Both the position numbers and the translations under genes were made by a program. Positions 33,458-50,905 of a stretch of DNA of 64,000 nt are shown here, piece by piece (the stretch's first letter is position 1; each line of letters begins with the position of its first letter). The notes beneath the pieces were generated by a model, which was given only the letters and a program-made list of their open reading frames with translations, ran no database searches and was not told the DNA's origin. The DNA is taken from the sequence record LC727699.1; one strand, given 5' to 3'.

Positions 33458-36400
33458 TAGTGTTTCCTCTATATACAGCTACAAGATGTTTTCCAGCTGC
33501 CCACAAGATACCAGTTGTTGTAGCAATGATTTTAGGAGATAGAACCATTCGTTCTTCTACCGATGTATTACCGAATAGTAGATCAATATTACGGCCATCT
33601 TCAGTTTCATTACGTCCAGTCATTACACGGGAGAATACCGTTTTCATCTGGTTAGCTACTACGCCTTTATCTCCAACACCACATGGGATATCATGATCGA
33701 TATACACTCGAATAATCATGTGGTCATATTCTAAGGCTCGTCCTTTCACTCGATAGTTAGCATCTACTTGTCCAGTGAAAGTAGGTTCTTTCAATGATTT
33801 AGCTCGTTCAGCGCGTTGTTTATCTGACGTATTAGCTAATGCTTGTAAACTTGGTGTCATATCGTCTATTTCACCATGATAGAAGCATTCAATCTTTGAT
33901 ACTGTACCTACGAGCTTAGCACGTGGCGAATATGCTGATAGTTTGCGTAATGTCTCAATAGATGCCTCGTCATATAGTGAGTGAGCAGCTGTTTCAGGAT
34001 CTTCAATTATACATAGAATTGAATTTAAGTCGACATGATCCCCAACTTTCACCATATCTCGAATAGTCTGATCAAACCTAACATCGATATTCTTGATTGC
34101 AGTTGTTTGAGTATTTAACCTTTTAGCTAGGTCTTCAGAAATAACTGAACCGTCTTCTAAAGTGTCAAGGTTATCATCAAATGCTACAACAGCCATACAA
34201 CCGGCTTTCCATAATACTTGCCCAGGCGTATACCTATCTTCAGAGAAATAACGTTTGTTATATGTGATAGTATCTCCACGTTTAAACTTATCACCTTTCT
34301 TTAATGAGGTAACAAGAATGTGTGGATAGTTAACACCAGCTGCTGTGCCATGAACTGTACCTAATTGATATCCAAATACATTACCATCGGCATATTTAAC
34401 TTGGATACCATATTCATCAATAGCTACAACCTCACCATCTTGTTCTGCTGCTACAGCAAAGATAGAACTAGTCCTTTGGGCTATGATTTGTTCATAGCCT
34501 GTACGAACTGGTGTAACTGTATACCCATCAGCATAAATACCTTGCTGCTGCTGAATTGAGATAAAGTTAATTCGCTTAGGGTCATCATGTTCGGTTGCAA
34601 CACCAAGCAGTGCACTAGTTGAGAGTAGTCTAGCTGGCCCATCTGTCTTTGGATCAAACATACGCGTAACACCACGCATGTTTACAAAGTTAGCATCAGG
34701 TACTAAGTAAGCAATAACACCAACGTCACCTGAGTCCACAGTTGATTCACTAACCACACCAACATCCGCTTCACCGTAAATACGTGTACGTGCAACCATT
34801 GAAGTTGGACCGCGTCCACCATCTCCACGATAAGTCATCGCTTCTTGTTCACGGATATTTGCAATGGGGTTAGAATCTTCAATAGTGGCTACTGTCGGAT
34901 CTTGTACAATCTTGCGCCAGATCACGTGTGGATCTAACTCGACAGTTTGCACTGACCCACCATTACGCATATTAAATACACGTACCGCTCTATTGAGTTC
35001 ATTAAAAATAGCCCCTGCCATGCGCTCATAACCACGATAGCGCATATATGCACCATCTACTTCTGCTGGACTCCAGTCGTTCGTTAATAACTCGACAGAC
35101 CGATAAAGCAATCCTTCAAAAGTAGTTGGTTCACCCATCTCCTTGAGTAGACCCTCAGTGATTGGATCGACCCATGCTGAGAAGAGTGTATCAATATCAC
35201 GTGTAAATCTATTACTTAATCCAGCTTCTTCAAGAACCCTGAAGTAAACATCTCGTTTATTGAAATCATAAACAGAATAACGCCGCAGTGATTTATGATA
35301 ACGTTTGAGTCCACTTAATACAAGCATTGCTTTATAATCAGCTCGATCAAATACTAGGATCTCATCAGCGAACGCTAATGTATAATCCGTACTATTGACA
35401 ACAATCCTGGTACCACGCTGATGACGCTGATAATTAACATTCAACTTCTTAAGTAGATTGTTTAAGCCATGGTGATATGCTAAAATGAAACCTAATGGTA
35501 GCTCTTTACCACCAATTGACATTAGAATAGCTTCTAACGGCGCTTTGGTTAGATCTAAGCCAAGTATATCTGTAATGGTACCAATAGGTTCTAGCTCATT
35601 ACCTGTTTTCATGTAAAAGATGGAATTCTTATCTAACAAGATAGCATCAGTGCCATTGAACCCCACCATTATCAAATCATCAGTTTCATAATCTTCGATA
35701 TGTAATCCTTGTTTTGCAAAGAATTCATTACGATCTTTGAAATTAAAATAGAACACATTACGGTGATTATGGAAGCCTTTAAAAGCTGTTCCTAAAGTAG
35801 TGTACACCCTTGGTAGAACATAGTTGGATTGATCTAATTCAGCATAGGTAACTGAATGTACAGACATATCACTTCCATCTAATGCACGGTTGGTAATCGC
35901 TCTGATTAACCAATTATCAAAGTTGTTTTCAGCACGTTCAGATCTGGTCACAAAGGTCTTATTATAATAAGAGGTCAATGCAACTTTACGTGGATTAACT
36001 TTACGAATTGGAATATCAGCACGTTGTAAACGTTGGCGATATGTTACCCCATTAGACATGAACCTACCGTCATTATCAATGACAGGGATACGGAACATTA
36101 CTTGTGAACTTCTACCACGAATAGGCTTTAATGTAACTTTGTGGATTTGGTAATGGTTACCAGAATCGCGTACAGTTTCAATTTTGTAATTAGTTACTGA
36201 TACGCCTTGTTTCTGAACAGATAACACACTGTTTAAAATATCTTTCTTTAATAAGACCTTGTTGTATTTGCGTTGGATGGCTTTTAACTTACTACCCAAC
36301 ATTGATTTATCAACAATGGTTGGCTTATCTTCAAAAGTGGTGTCTTCTGGAATCTTAAGATCATCTGGATGATATTCCATCGCCTCAGCGATCGTCATAG

Positions 36401-37796
36401 GTTCTACTGATTCATCATTAGGATCGGTAAATGGATCAGGTAGACGACGATACATAATCGAATCTTCTTGAGCTTGCTCGAATGTATTCGCAGAAATCAT
36501 ATTCACGCGATACATATCGTATGCTTTAGCTCTAATGGCATCGATTAGTTTATCTTCTTCATCAACTTCAGTATTGATGAATAACTCATCTTCTGGTACA
36601 TCTGTTACAATGAGTTCCTTCTCTTCTTTAATTTGGCGAGAAGGTGAAGATTCCAGTGGATCTTTTTCAATGATAAGCTTTGTTACCTCAAGATCACTTT
36701 CTGGTGGTGGGGTATATGTTACCTCAATTGCGCCAATATCAATTAAGTTAGTTAAGTTGGTTGGGTCAAATTGAACATCATCAATAACATCAACTTCAGT
36801 TACTTCTTCTTCAACGTTATTAGACTCAACATCCTCAACCTCTTCTGCTTCACCTTCTTCATAACTAACCGGAGTTTCTTCATCAACAATAATATCTTCA
36901 TTAAAGATAGGCGTATCTTCTTTAATTAATGAAGTATTACCTTGGTTATATTCAACCATCGCTGATACTAGTGAAATAAGGCGCCTAGCTATTTGCTGGG
37001 TATCATAACCTTTATCATCTTTAATTTCTGGATCACGACGCCATTGATCAAGCATCCCTAAGTTAATAACAAAGAATGAACTTTGTACACGGAATAAAAG
37101 ATTAATGTTACCGTAATACTTAGCATCGATGACATTCATGAAAGAACTTTCACGATCATCAGAAACCCAGCGAACTAAATCAAATATATTTAGAATATCA
37201 GGTGTATTGAATTGATTAGCTAGATCTTGAGTTAAACCCCCTCGTAGTTTATTAAAAGAAGAAGGAGGTGGAACTAACTCAGGTAAGTGTACATCAATGA
37301 ACTGGTTCCAACCAGGAAAACGTTCACATGCAGCCGCTACGCCACTCCAGAATGTACGCATGTCATTTGACCAACGGAACCATGTAGCTTTATAAGAAGC
37401 CATATAATTCCATTGAGGGTTAATTAAATTATAATTCATTACCAGAATGTTCTGGTTTGATAATTTAAAACCGGTATCACTGCGTAAAGGTTTAAAGAAA
37501 CGGTTCTGGCGGCGAAACTCTTGAATCATTGTTGCTGGGATATTTGAAGTCCTACGTGGATTACCTTCAAATGTAAGCATATCAGTAACATGCTCAATAT
37601 ATACTTTACCTTGATGTTTGGAGAATAATGGGTCTGTTTGACTAGGACCCATTACTGCATTATTACCATCGAAGAACTGATAAATGGATTCGAAAGGTAG
37701 ATCAAGTTTATTTAGAGCATGCAACTTAGGTGACTGAAGTTTAGCATATTCGCGTACACTATAATTTTTCAGAAACTGTGTAATATTTAAGCGCAT
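33441..37796 (-). CDS. rpoB: Virion RNA polymerase beta subunit, N-terminal part (phiKZ gp178-like)
   Basis: 1451 aa with DSNPIANI..QEAMTYRGDGGR, GVVSESTVDSG, LEDGSVIS and GVGDKGVVANQMKTVFS; beta-subunit double-psi-barrel motifs. Confidence 0.92.
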   Translation of the reverse strand: MRLNITQFLKNYSVREYAKLQSPKLHALNKLDLPFESIYQFFDGNNAVMGPSQTDPLFSKHQGKVYIEHVTDMLTFEGNPRRTSNIPATMIQEFRRQNRFFKPLRSDTGFKLSNQNILVMNYNLINPQWNYMASYKATWFRWSNDMRTFWSGVAAACERFPGWNQFIDVHLPELVPPPSSFNKLRGGLTQDLANQFNTPDILNIFDLVRWVSDDRESSFMNVIDAKYYGNINLLFRVQSSFFVINLGMLDQWRRDPEIKDDKGYDTQQIARRLISLVSAMVEYNQGNTSLIKEDTPIFNEDIIVDEETPVSYEEGEAEEVEDVESNNVEEEVTEVDVIDDVQFDPTNLTNLIDIGAIEVTYTPPPESDLEVTKLIIEKDPLESSPSRQIKEEKELIVTDVPEDELFINTEVDEEDKLIDAIRAKAYDMYRVNMISANTFEQAQEDSIMYRRLPDPFTDPNDESVEPMTIAEAMEYHPDDLKIPEDTTFEDKPTIVDKSMLGSKLKAIQRKYNKVLLKKDILNSVLSVQKQGVSVTNYKIETVRDSGNHYQIHKVTLKPIRGRSSQVMFRIPVIDNDGRFMSNGVTYRQRLQRADIPIRKVNPRKVALTSYYNKTFVTRSERAENNFDNWLIRAITNRALDGSDMSVHSVTYAELDQSNYVLPRVYTTLGTAFKGFHNHRNVFYFNFKDRNEFFAKQGLHIEDYETDDLIMVGFNGTDAILLDKNSIFYMKTGNELEPIGTITDILGLDLTKAPLEAILMSIGGKELPLGFILAYHHGLNNLLKKLNVNYQRHQRGTRIVVNSTDYTLAFADEILVFDRADYKAMLVLSGLKRYHKSLRRYSVYDFNKRDVYFRVLEEAGLSNRFTRDIDTLFSAWVDPITEGLLKEMGEPTTFEGLLYRSVELLTNDWSPAEVDGAYMRYRGYERMAGAIFNELNRAVRVFNMRNGGSVQTVELDPHVIWRKIVQDPTVATIEDSNPIANIREQEAMTYRGDGGRGPTSMVARTRIYGEADVGVVSESTVDSGDVGVIAYLVPDANFVNMRGVTRMFDPKTDGPARLLSTSALLGVATEHDDPKRINFISIQQQQGIYADGYTVTPVRTGYEQIIAQRTSSIFAVAAEQDGEVVAIDEYGIQVKYADGNVFGYQLGTVHGTAAGVNYPHILVTSLKKGDKFKRGDTITYNKRYFSEDRYTPGQVLWKAGCMAVVAFDDNLDTLEDGSVISEDLAKRLNTQTTAIKNIDVRFDQTIRDMVKVGDHVDLNSILCIIEDPETAAHSLYDEASIETLRKLSAYSPRAKLVGTVSKIECFYHGEIDDMTPSLQALANTSDKQRAERAKSLKEPTFTGQVDANYRVKGRALEYDHMIIRVYIDHDIPCGVGDKGVVANQMKTVFSRVMTGRNETEDGRNIDLLFGNTSVEERMVLSPKIIATTTGILWAAGKHLVAVYRGNTNAKAK

Positions 37797-37798
37797 GA

Positions 37799-37984
37799 TT
37801 AATCCCTTTGTTTGGGTTCCCCAGTCATGTACCGAAGAGTTAAATTGAGTGTATGGACACCAACACTAAATGCCAGTCGACCATCGGCATGTATATATGC
37901 AATACGTTTCTTAAAGAAAGCATCTGTTTCAGCGATAGCTTCCTCTGAATAAACTGCGTTAAATGATACAGTGTCCCCGTCGAA
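37799..37984 (-). CDS. rpoC: vRNAP beta' exon 2 (61 aa; not in ORF track)
   Basis: Reads FDGDTVSFNAVYSEEAIAETDAFFKKRIAYIHADGRLAFSVGVHTLNLTLRYMTGEPKQRD*, preceded by the intron terminal G at 37985. Confidence 0.9.
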   Translation of the reverse strand, partial: FDGDTVSFNAVYSEEAIAETDAFFKKRIAYIHADGRLAFSVGVHTLNLTLRYMTGEPKQRD

Positions 37985-38298
37985 CGTTATGTTCAGTATC
38001 AGTCGTTAATTGATACCCGCACCATTACGTGCAGCTCTAGCTCTCGCTAGAAGACCAGACTATATCTTCACCTACAGCATTATCTGTTTAGGTGCTCTCC
38101 ATTTCGAGTCACTTGACCCTACGGGGCGCAACCCCCTAGTCGTTGAACGTTCCACATATTACAGTTAAGTAACTTAGCGGCTTCGCTGCTGATTGTCTCT
38201 ACCTAATCATTTTCAAACATTCGCACTTACTGTTTCCAGTTATGCTGTAGTTGATTAGTTTAACGAGAGTTTCCAGCAATTAAAAGAGTAAAACATAT

Positions 38299-39372
38299 TC
38301 ATTTCGGAATATGTGGACTTATGTATTTTACTGCATAATTTCTAAAAATACAACCATGTTCAGATTTCCTTAGATGATAACCTAAGCAACCTGGTGTGAC
38401 ATTGAAAAACTCAGCAGCTTCCTTCAGTGAGTTTTTTATTAATACAGCTTCAGATTCTAATGATTCAATATGAATTCTACGATGGGTTTCCACATATACG
38501 AGATTATCATTATTCCATGGCGTATCGTCATCTTCGTATTTAAACTGTAATGACTGATTGTAAACAAGATTACTATTTTTAGTTAAACGTAATCTTAAAG
38601 TTTCACCATCTACACCAATTTCTCGGGCGCAGTGCTCTATGCTGTAATAACGAGTTATATTGGTAGTTATAAGGTCTCTGACCAAAACTGCTTTGGAATT
38701 ATGAAGTCCATTGATATGCGCATGTTCGCAATTTCTTTTACGGGTAGCCCATTCAAGGTTTGTTAAATCATTACAATCTTTAATTGTATTTAAATGATTC
38801 ACATCGAGTGAATCAACATTACCTGGATATTTTAAGAAAGCTAGACTAAGAAGACGGTGCATTCCTACAATTGTACGTTTACCTACATCCGGCTGAACAC
38901 CATACATCAGATAACCATCTTCATTCATGTATGGTGAAAGATGATTACTGTTAACAGTGCTAAGTACTTGTCCAGCGCGATTAATCATGTATCTACTATA
39001 TCCGGGAATATAACAGTATTCTTTTATTAATGGATGAGTAAGTTCGCCTTCAGGACACGCCCAAATAAAATTAGTTAGGCGATGATTACTTTTATTACCG
39101 TCTTTGTAAATAACGCGTAGTTTATGTAGTAACCGCATTGGTAATATGCAGTTTCTATACGTAACACCTAATACAACAGATAGTGACAAACCGTCAAACC
39201 ATTCACCTGTTATATGTTCAGGAAAAAGATGTTCGCCTTCATCACTAACCATTGTGGTCAGTACGCGTTTACTTATACTTTCTCTAGCGATACCACTACA
39301 GCTGATTTCATACATGCCACCAGTATGTGGTATCTTTTTAAATCCTGGATTTTCAATGAATTTTTTTAACAT
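38299..39372 (-). CDS. Intron-encoded HNH homing endonuclease (NUMOD4-HNH, C-terminal HTH/NUMOD1-like repeats)
   Basis: IPGYSRYMINRAG NUMOD4-like segment; MHRLLSLAF...VNHLNTIKDCNDLTNLEWATRKRNCEH beta-beta-alpha-Me motif. Confidence 0.88.
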   Translation of the reverse strand: MLKKFIENPGFKKIPHTGGMYEISCSGIARESISKRVLTTMVSDEGEHLFPEHITGEWFDGLSLSVVLGVTYRNCILPMRLLHKLRVIYKDGNKSNHRLTNFIWACPEGELTHPLIKEYCYIPGYSRYMINRAGQVLSTVNSNHLSPYMNEDGYLMYGVQPDVGKRTIVGMHRLLSLAFLKYPGNVDSLDVNHLNTIKDCNDLTNLEWATRKRNCEHAHINGLHNSKAVLVRDLITTNITRYYSIEHCAREIGVDGETLRLRLTKNSNLVYNQSLQFKYEDDDTPWNNDNLVYVETHRRIHIESLESEAVLIKNSLKEAAEFFNVTPGCLGYHLRKSEHGCIFRNYAVKYISPHIPK

Positions 39373-39376
39373 GGTT

Positions 39377-39405
39377 GTTATCCTATTTATTTCCTATAGG
39401 ATAAC
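39377..39405 (-). promoter_or_regulatory. Hairpin sequestering the HNH ribosome-binding site
   Basis: Perfect 10-bp stem GUUAUCCUAU/AUAGGAUAAC whose 3' arm contains AGGA, ending 4 nt before the HNH AUG. Confidence 0.6.
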
Positions 39406-39427
39406 TAGATATACAGTATTACAATTA

Positions 39428-40894
39428 ATCCGCCCCCAATGGCGCGAGAATAGAAGGAGAGATGGATACTGAGTCATGCCACTGGGCTGGTTTATTTAAT
39501 TCAAACACAGGGAATTCTAAGGCTGGTTCCAACGTATCATCACGTTCCCATTGATCATTTAACGGATAACGTAATTCACCCACTACGGTTGTTTTAACAT
39601 ACATCTTACAGGGGATAGAGCTATTGTAGTTTTCTACAGGATATCGTGTAACAAACGCTGAGTTTGTTCGCCACATACTTAATCCACTAAGGTAAACTAA
39701 TTCGGCATAAGTAATAGGTCTAACAAATTTCTTATTTAGATTAGTAGGTAACTCATCGATGTTGCGGAATATTTTAAAATTCTGTTTATCATCAACGTAA
39801 ATAAGGGCTAGATAATGATCAGCAATTTCAATTGCACGTGAACGTTTTTCAATGACATCTAACTCATTGATGATTTGTTCTTGCCCTTCAGGAGTTCCCC
39901 ATAAATCCATATCTTCGTTAGAGATATCGACCCATTCTAAACGTAGTGTTTTCTTATTGATGAGCTGTACAGTGTTAGTAACTGTATCAAACACTTCACC
40001 AACTACACCTTGCCTTAGTGCAAAGATTGTACGCGGTGCAACTGAACGAGCTGCTTGATGTAAGCCAACTACGGCATCTTTGAATGTTGGTCGATTAGGT
40101 GAATCAAGATCAGCAGCATTAGTATCTAGCGAACTAATGACGTTACGTGTACCATTGGCAATACGACGGGATGCCCATTTAGATTGAATGTATCCACGTT
40201 TACCGGATAGCAGTCGTTCATAATGTTCATAAATAGCTAATACGGTGTTTTGCATTGCTACTCGTTTGCGATCATAGATACTCAAGTCATCATTTGGTCC
40301 AAAGCTATCAGGTACACCAAACGACTGATTTAATAGATACCTATAGTGTTCATTGATCTCATCCATCTCAACACGATTATTCTCATCAATCTCTGCATCA
40401 CGATAAGCGGCTGGTGTTACAAGCATGTCTTTAAAAATACAGTTATCTTTATATTTTTCGATTAATTGTAACCTTGATAGCCGAACCCCTGACTTAGTGG
40501 ACCCAAAGTCAATTCGTTTCCAGTTATCAAAAAAGAATGTATAACCAGTTTTACCAGTTAGTTCATCGGCGCGGATAAAATCTTTAATAGATTCGTCAAA
40601 TACTGCAAATGCCTTACCAAGAATAATTTCTTCATAGAAAGCTTTTAATTTAATTAAGTTTCGATATACAGCTGGATGGATAAGTTCTAAACCTAAATGA
40701 ATATATCCAAATAAACTCTCACGATCAGTTGATCCAACTCTTCCAAAAATGGAAACAGAGAACAAACCATCTTCATGAAAGTTACCACCTAAACCTTCAA
40801 ATATCTCATGACTCTTTACTTGACCTAAGAACTTTAATTGTTCTTTAGTGGGAATAAGTAAAGAAATATTAAAAGGAACTAATGCCTTCTTCAT
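39428..40894 (-). CDS. rpoC: vRNAP beta' exon 1 (phiKZ gp180-like); spliced product about 550 aa
   Basis: EGLGGNFHEDGLFSVSIFG, LLSGKRGYIQSKWASRRI and TRYPV motifs; ends LAPLGAD just before an in-frame TAA that is the first intron codon. Confidence 0.92.
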
Positions 40895-40969
40895 TTTCTA
40901 TTTTCCTATTTTGGTAATACTAAGTTAAACAACGATATGATACTTTACTAATCGTCAATGGAGTTTAAT

Positions 40970-49733
<8,764 letters not shown>

Positions 49734-49791
49734 ATACTTGGAATAGTTATTTATTGTAACCATTCTTAAACCAATGTAATAGGTAATTAAC

Positions 49792-50097
49792 ATGTCTCTA
49801 CTTAAAAAGATCGGTCTAGCTTTAATTGGATCAGAAGGACGTAAGGAAGTTTTTGAACAAGAATTAACTAAACTATCAAATTCTAATGCAGTTATTGATC
49901 AAATGGTGATTAATTTACTGGGTAGTAAGAAGAAGTTAGATGACTTCCTAATTAAAGCTGAAGAAATTGATAATAAGAAACTAGGCTTCATTAAAAATCG
50001 AGCCGAACTTATTAAACTAGTCAAATCTAAATATTCACAAGACCCTCGGGTTGCCGATGTAGTAGTGTCACTTTACATTGGTGGTTTCATTTATTGA
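49792..50097 (+). CDS. Hypothetical protein
   Basis: 101-aa basic helical ORF. Confidence 0.65.
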   Translation: MSLLKKIGLALIGSEGRKEVFEQELTKLSNSNAVIDQMVINLLGSKKKLDDFLIKAEEIDNKKLGFIKNRAELIKLVKSKYSQDPRVADVVVSLYIGGFIY

Positions 50098-50104
50098 GGT
50101 AAGT

Positions 50105-50797
50105 ATGTCTAAACCTAATCTTGAGTGGTTAGCTTCCTTAGAAAGTAAAGAAGCTAAGAGTACAGTAGATTCTTCCGATATGGATAATGATCAAAAGGAA
50201 GGTAGCGATAAGTCTCAACAAGATGAAGCTACTGAACCTGAGAAGAAAATTACTGCAACTGATGTACAAATTGCAATTGAAGAATATGCGCGTATCCGTG
50301 CATTAACCACTACTAAAGATCTTCCAGCTGACCCTGAACCAGGCGATACTTATCATGTAAATGGGGTAGATTGGATTTATCAAGAAGATGGTGGATGGGT
50401 AACTATGCAAGGTATTTATGGCCATGAACATTTTGATGAAAATGGTCTAAATATTGAAGCAAGTGGCATTGACCAGAAATCAGGTGCAACTAAACGTTAT
50501 GTGGTAACTGGTTATAATGCTCAGACTAACCCAGCTGCTATGCCTGGTGATAACCTGACTGAATGCGTTATCCTAATGCAGAATGGACTTGTTCCAGAAG
50601 TTGGTGTAAATGGCCTAACTGCTGACTGTCTACTTAAAATCGTTAAAGATTTATTTGAAGGTTATCAAGCAGGCCCATTTGCATGTGAAGAGAATCAGGT
50701 AGTGATTAATTCAATGGACCGTGCTCTTAGTGCAATTCATCAACGCCTCGTAAGACGTAAAGAACAAGGTACTGAAGGTACCTATAGTGGTAATTGA
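50105..50797 (+). CDS. tad1: Tad1-like (Thoeris anti-defence 1) nucleotide-signal sponge with acidic N-terminal extension
   Basis: C-terminal ~118 aa: MQNGLVPEVGVNGLTADCLLKIVKDLFEGYQAGPFACEEN...ALSAIHQRLVRRKEQGTEGT follows the Tad1 pattern FQxG..LLxIVxDRL..FQAGPF..REN..AL..R...R....GT; GAGG RBS before the ATG at 50105. Confidence 0.75.
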   Translation: MSKPNLEWLASLESKEAKSTVDSSDMDNDQKEGSDKSQQDEATEPEKKITATDVQIAIEEYARIRALTTTKDLPADPEPGDTYHVNGVDWIYQEDGGWVTMQGIYGHEHFDENGLNIEASGIDQKSGATKRYVVTGYNAQTNPAAMPGDNLTECVILMQNGLVPEVGVNGLTADCLLKIVKDLFEGYQAGPFACEENQVVINSMDRALSAIHQRLVRRKEQGTEGTYSGN

Positions 50798-50804
50798 CAT
50801 AAAT

Positions 50805-50830
50805 GCCTCCCTTCGGGGAGGCTTTATTTC
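50805..50830 (+). terminator. Hairpin terminator
   Basis: GCCTCCC-TTCG-GGGAGGC, then TTTATTT. Confidence 0.8.
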
Positions 50831-50832
50831 GT

Positions 50833-50860
50833 ATTAAAAAAAATTTGAGATTTATATTAC
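50833..50860 (+). promoter_or_regulatory. Putative phage early promoter
   Basis: ATTAAAAAAAATTTGAGATTTATATTAC; third copy of the A-tract + AGAT-N-TATATTAC motif, heading the accessory region. Confidence 0.7.
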
Positions 50861-50905
50861 TAGTGTGTAATTAGGAAACCATCTATCTAGTAAAGAGGAA
50901 TCACA

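Larger units (their letters stand above)
37985..39427 (-). mobile_element. Group I self-splicing intron (subgroup IA-like), 1443 nt, with HNH ORF
   Basis: P (AAUUGCUGGAA, 38271-38281), Q (AAUCAGCAGC, 38185-38194), R (GUUCAACGACUA, 38137-38148) and S (AAGAUAUAGUCU, 38057-38068) elements; P7.1/P7.2, P8 and P9 hairpins; 5' exon ends in U, intron ends in G; splicing restores GAD|FDGD. Confidence 0.93.

Noticed and set aside
39146-39472. 108-aa plus-strand ORF across the 5' splice site
   Set aside because: Antisense to HNH and exon 1; no start context or recognisable features.
39425-40894. beta' ORF appears truncated just before FDGD (possible pseudogene)
   Set aside because: The stop is the first intron codon; exon 2 at 37984-37799 restores the motif and ends properly.
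33441-40894. RNAP genes as host (bacterial) rpoBC contamination or a prophage flank
   Set aside because: Subunits are split, highly diverged and embedded among virion genes in phiKZ-like order; no cellular genes are present.
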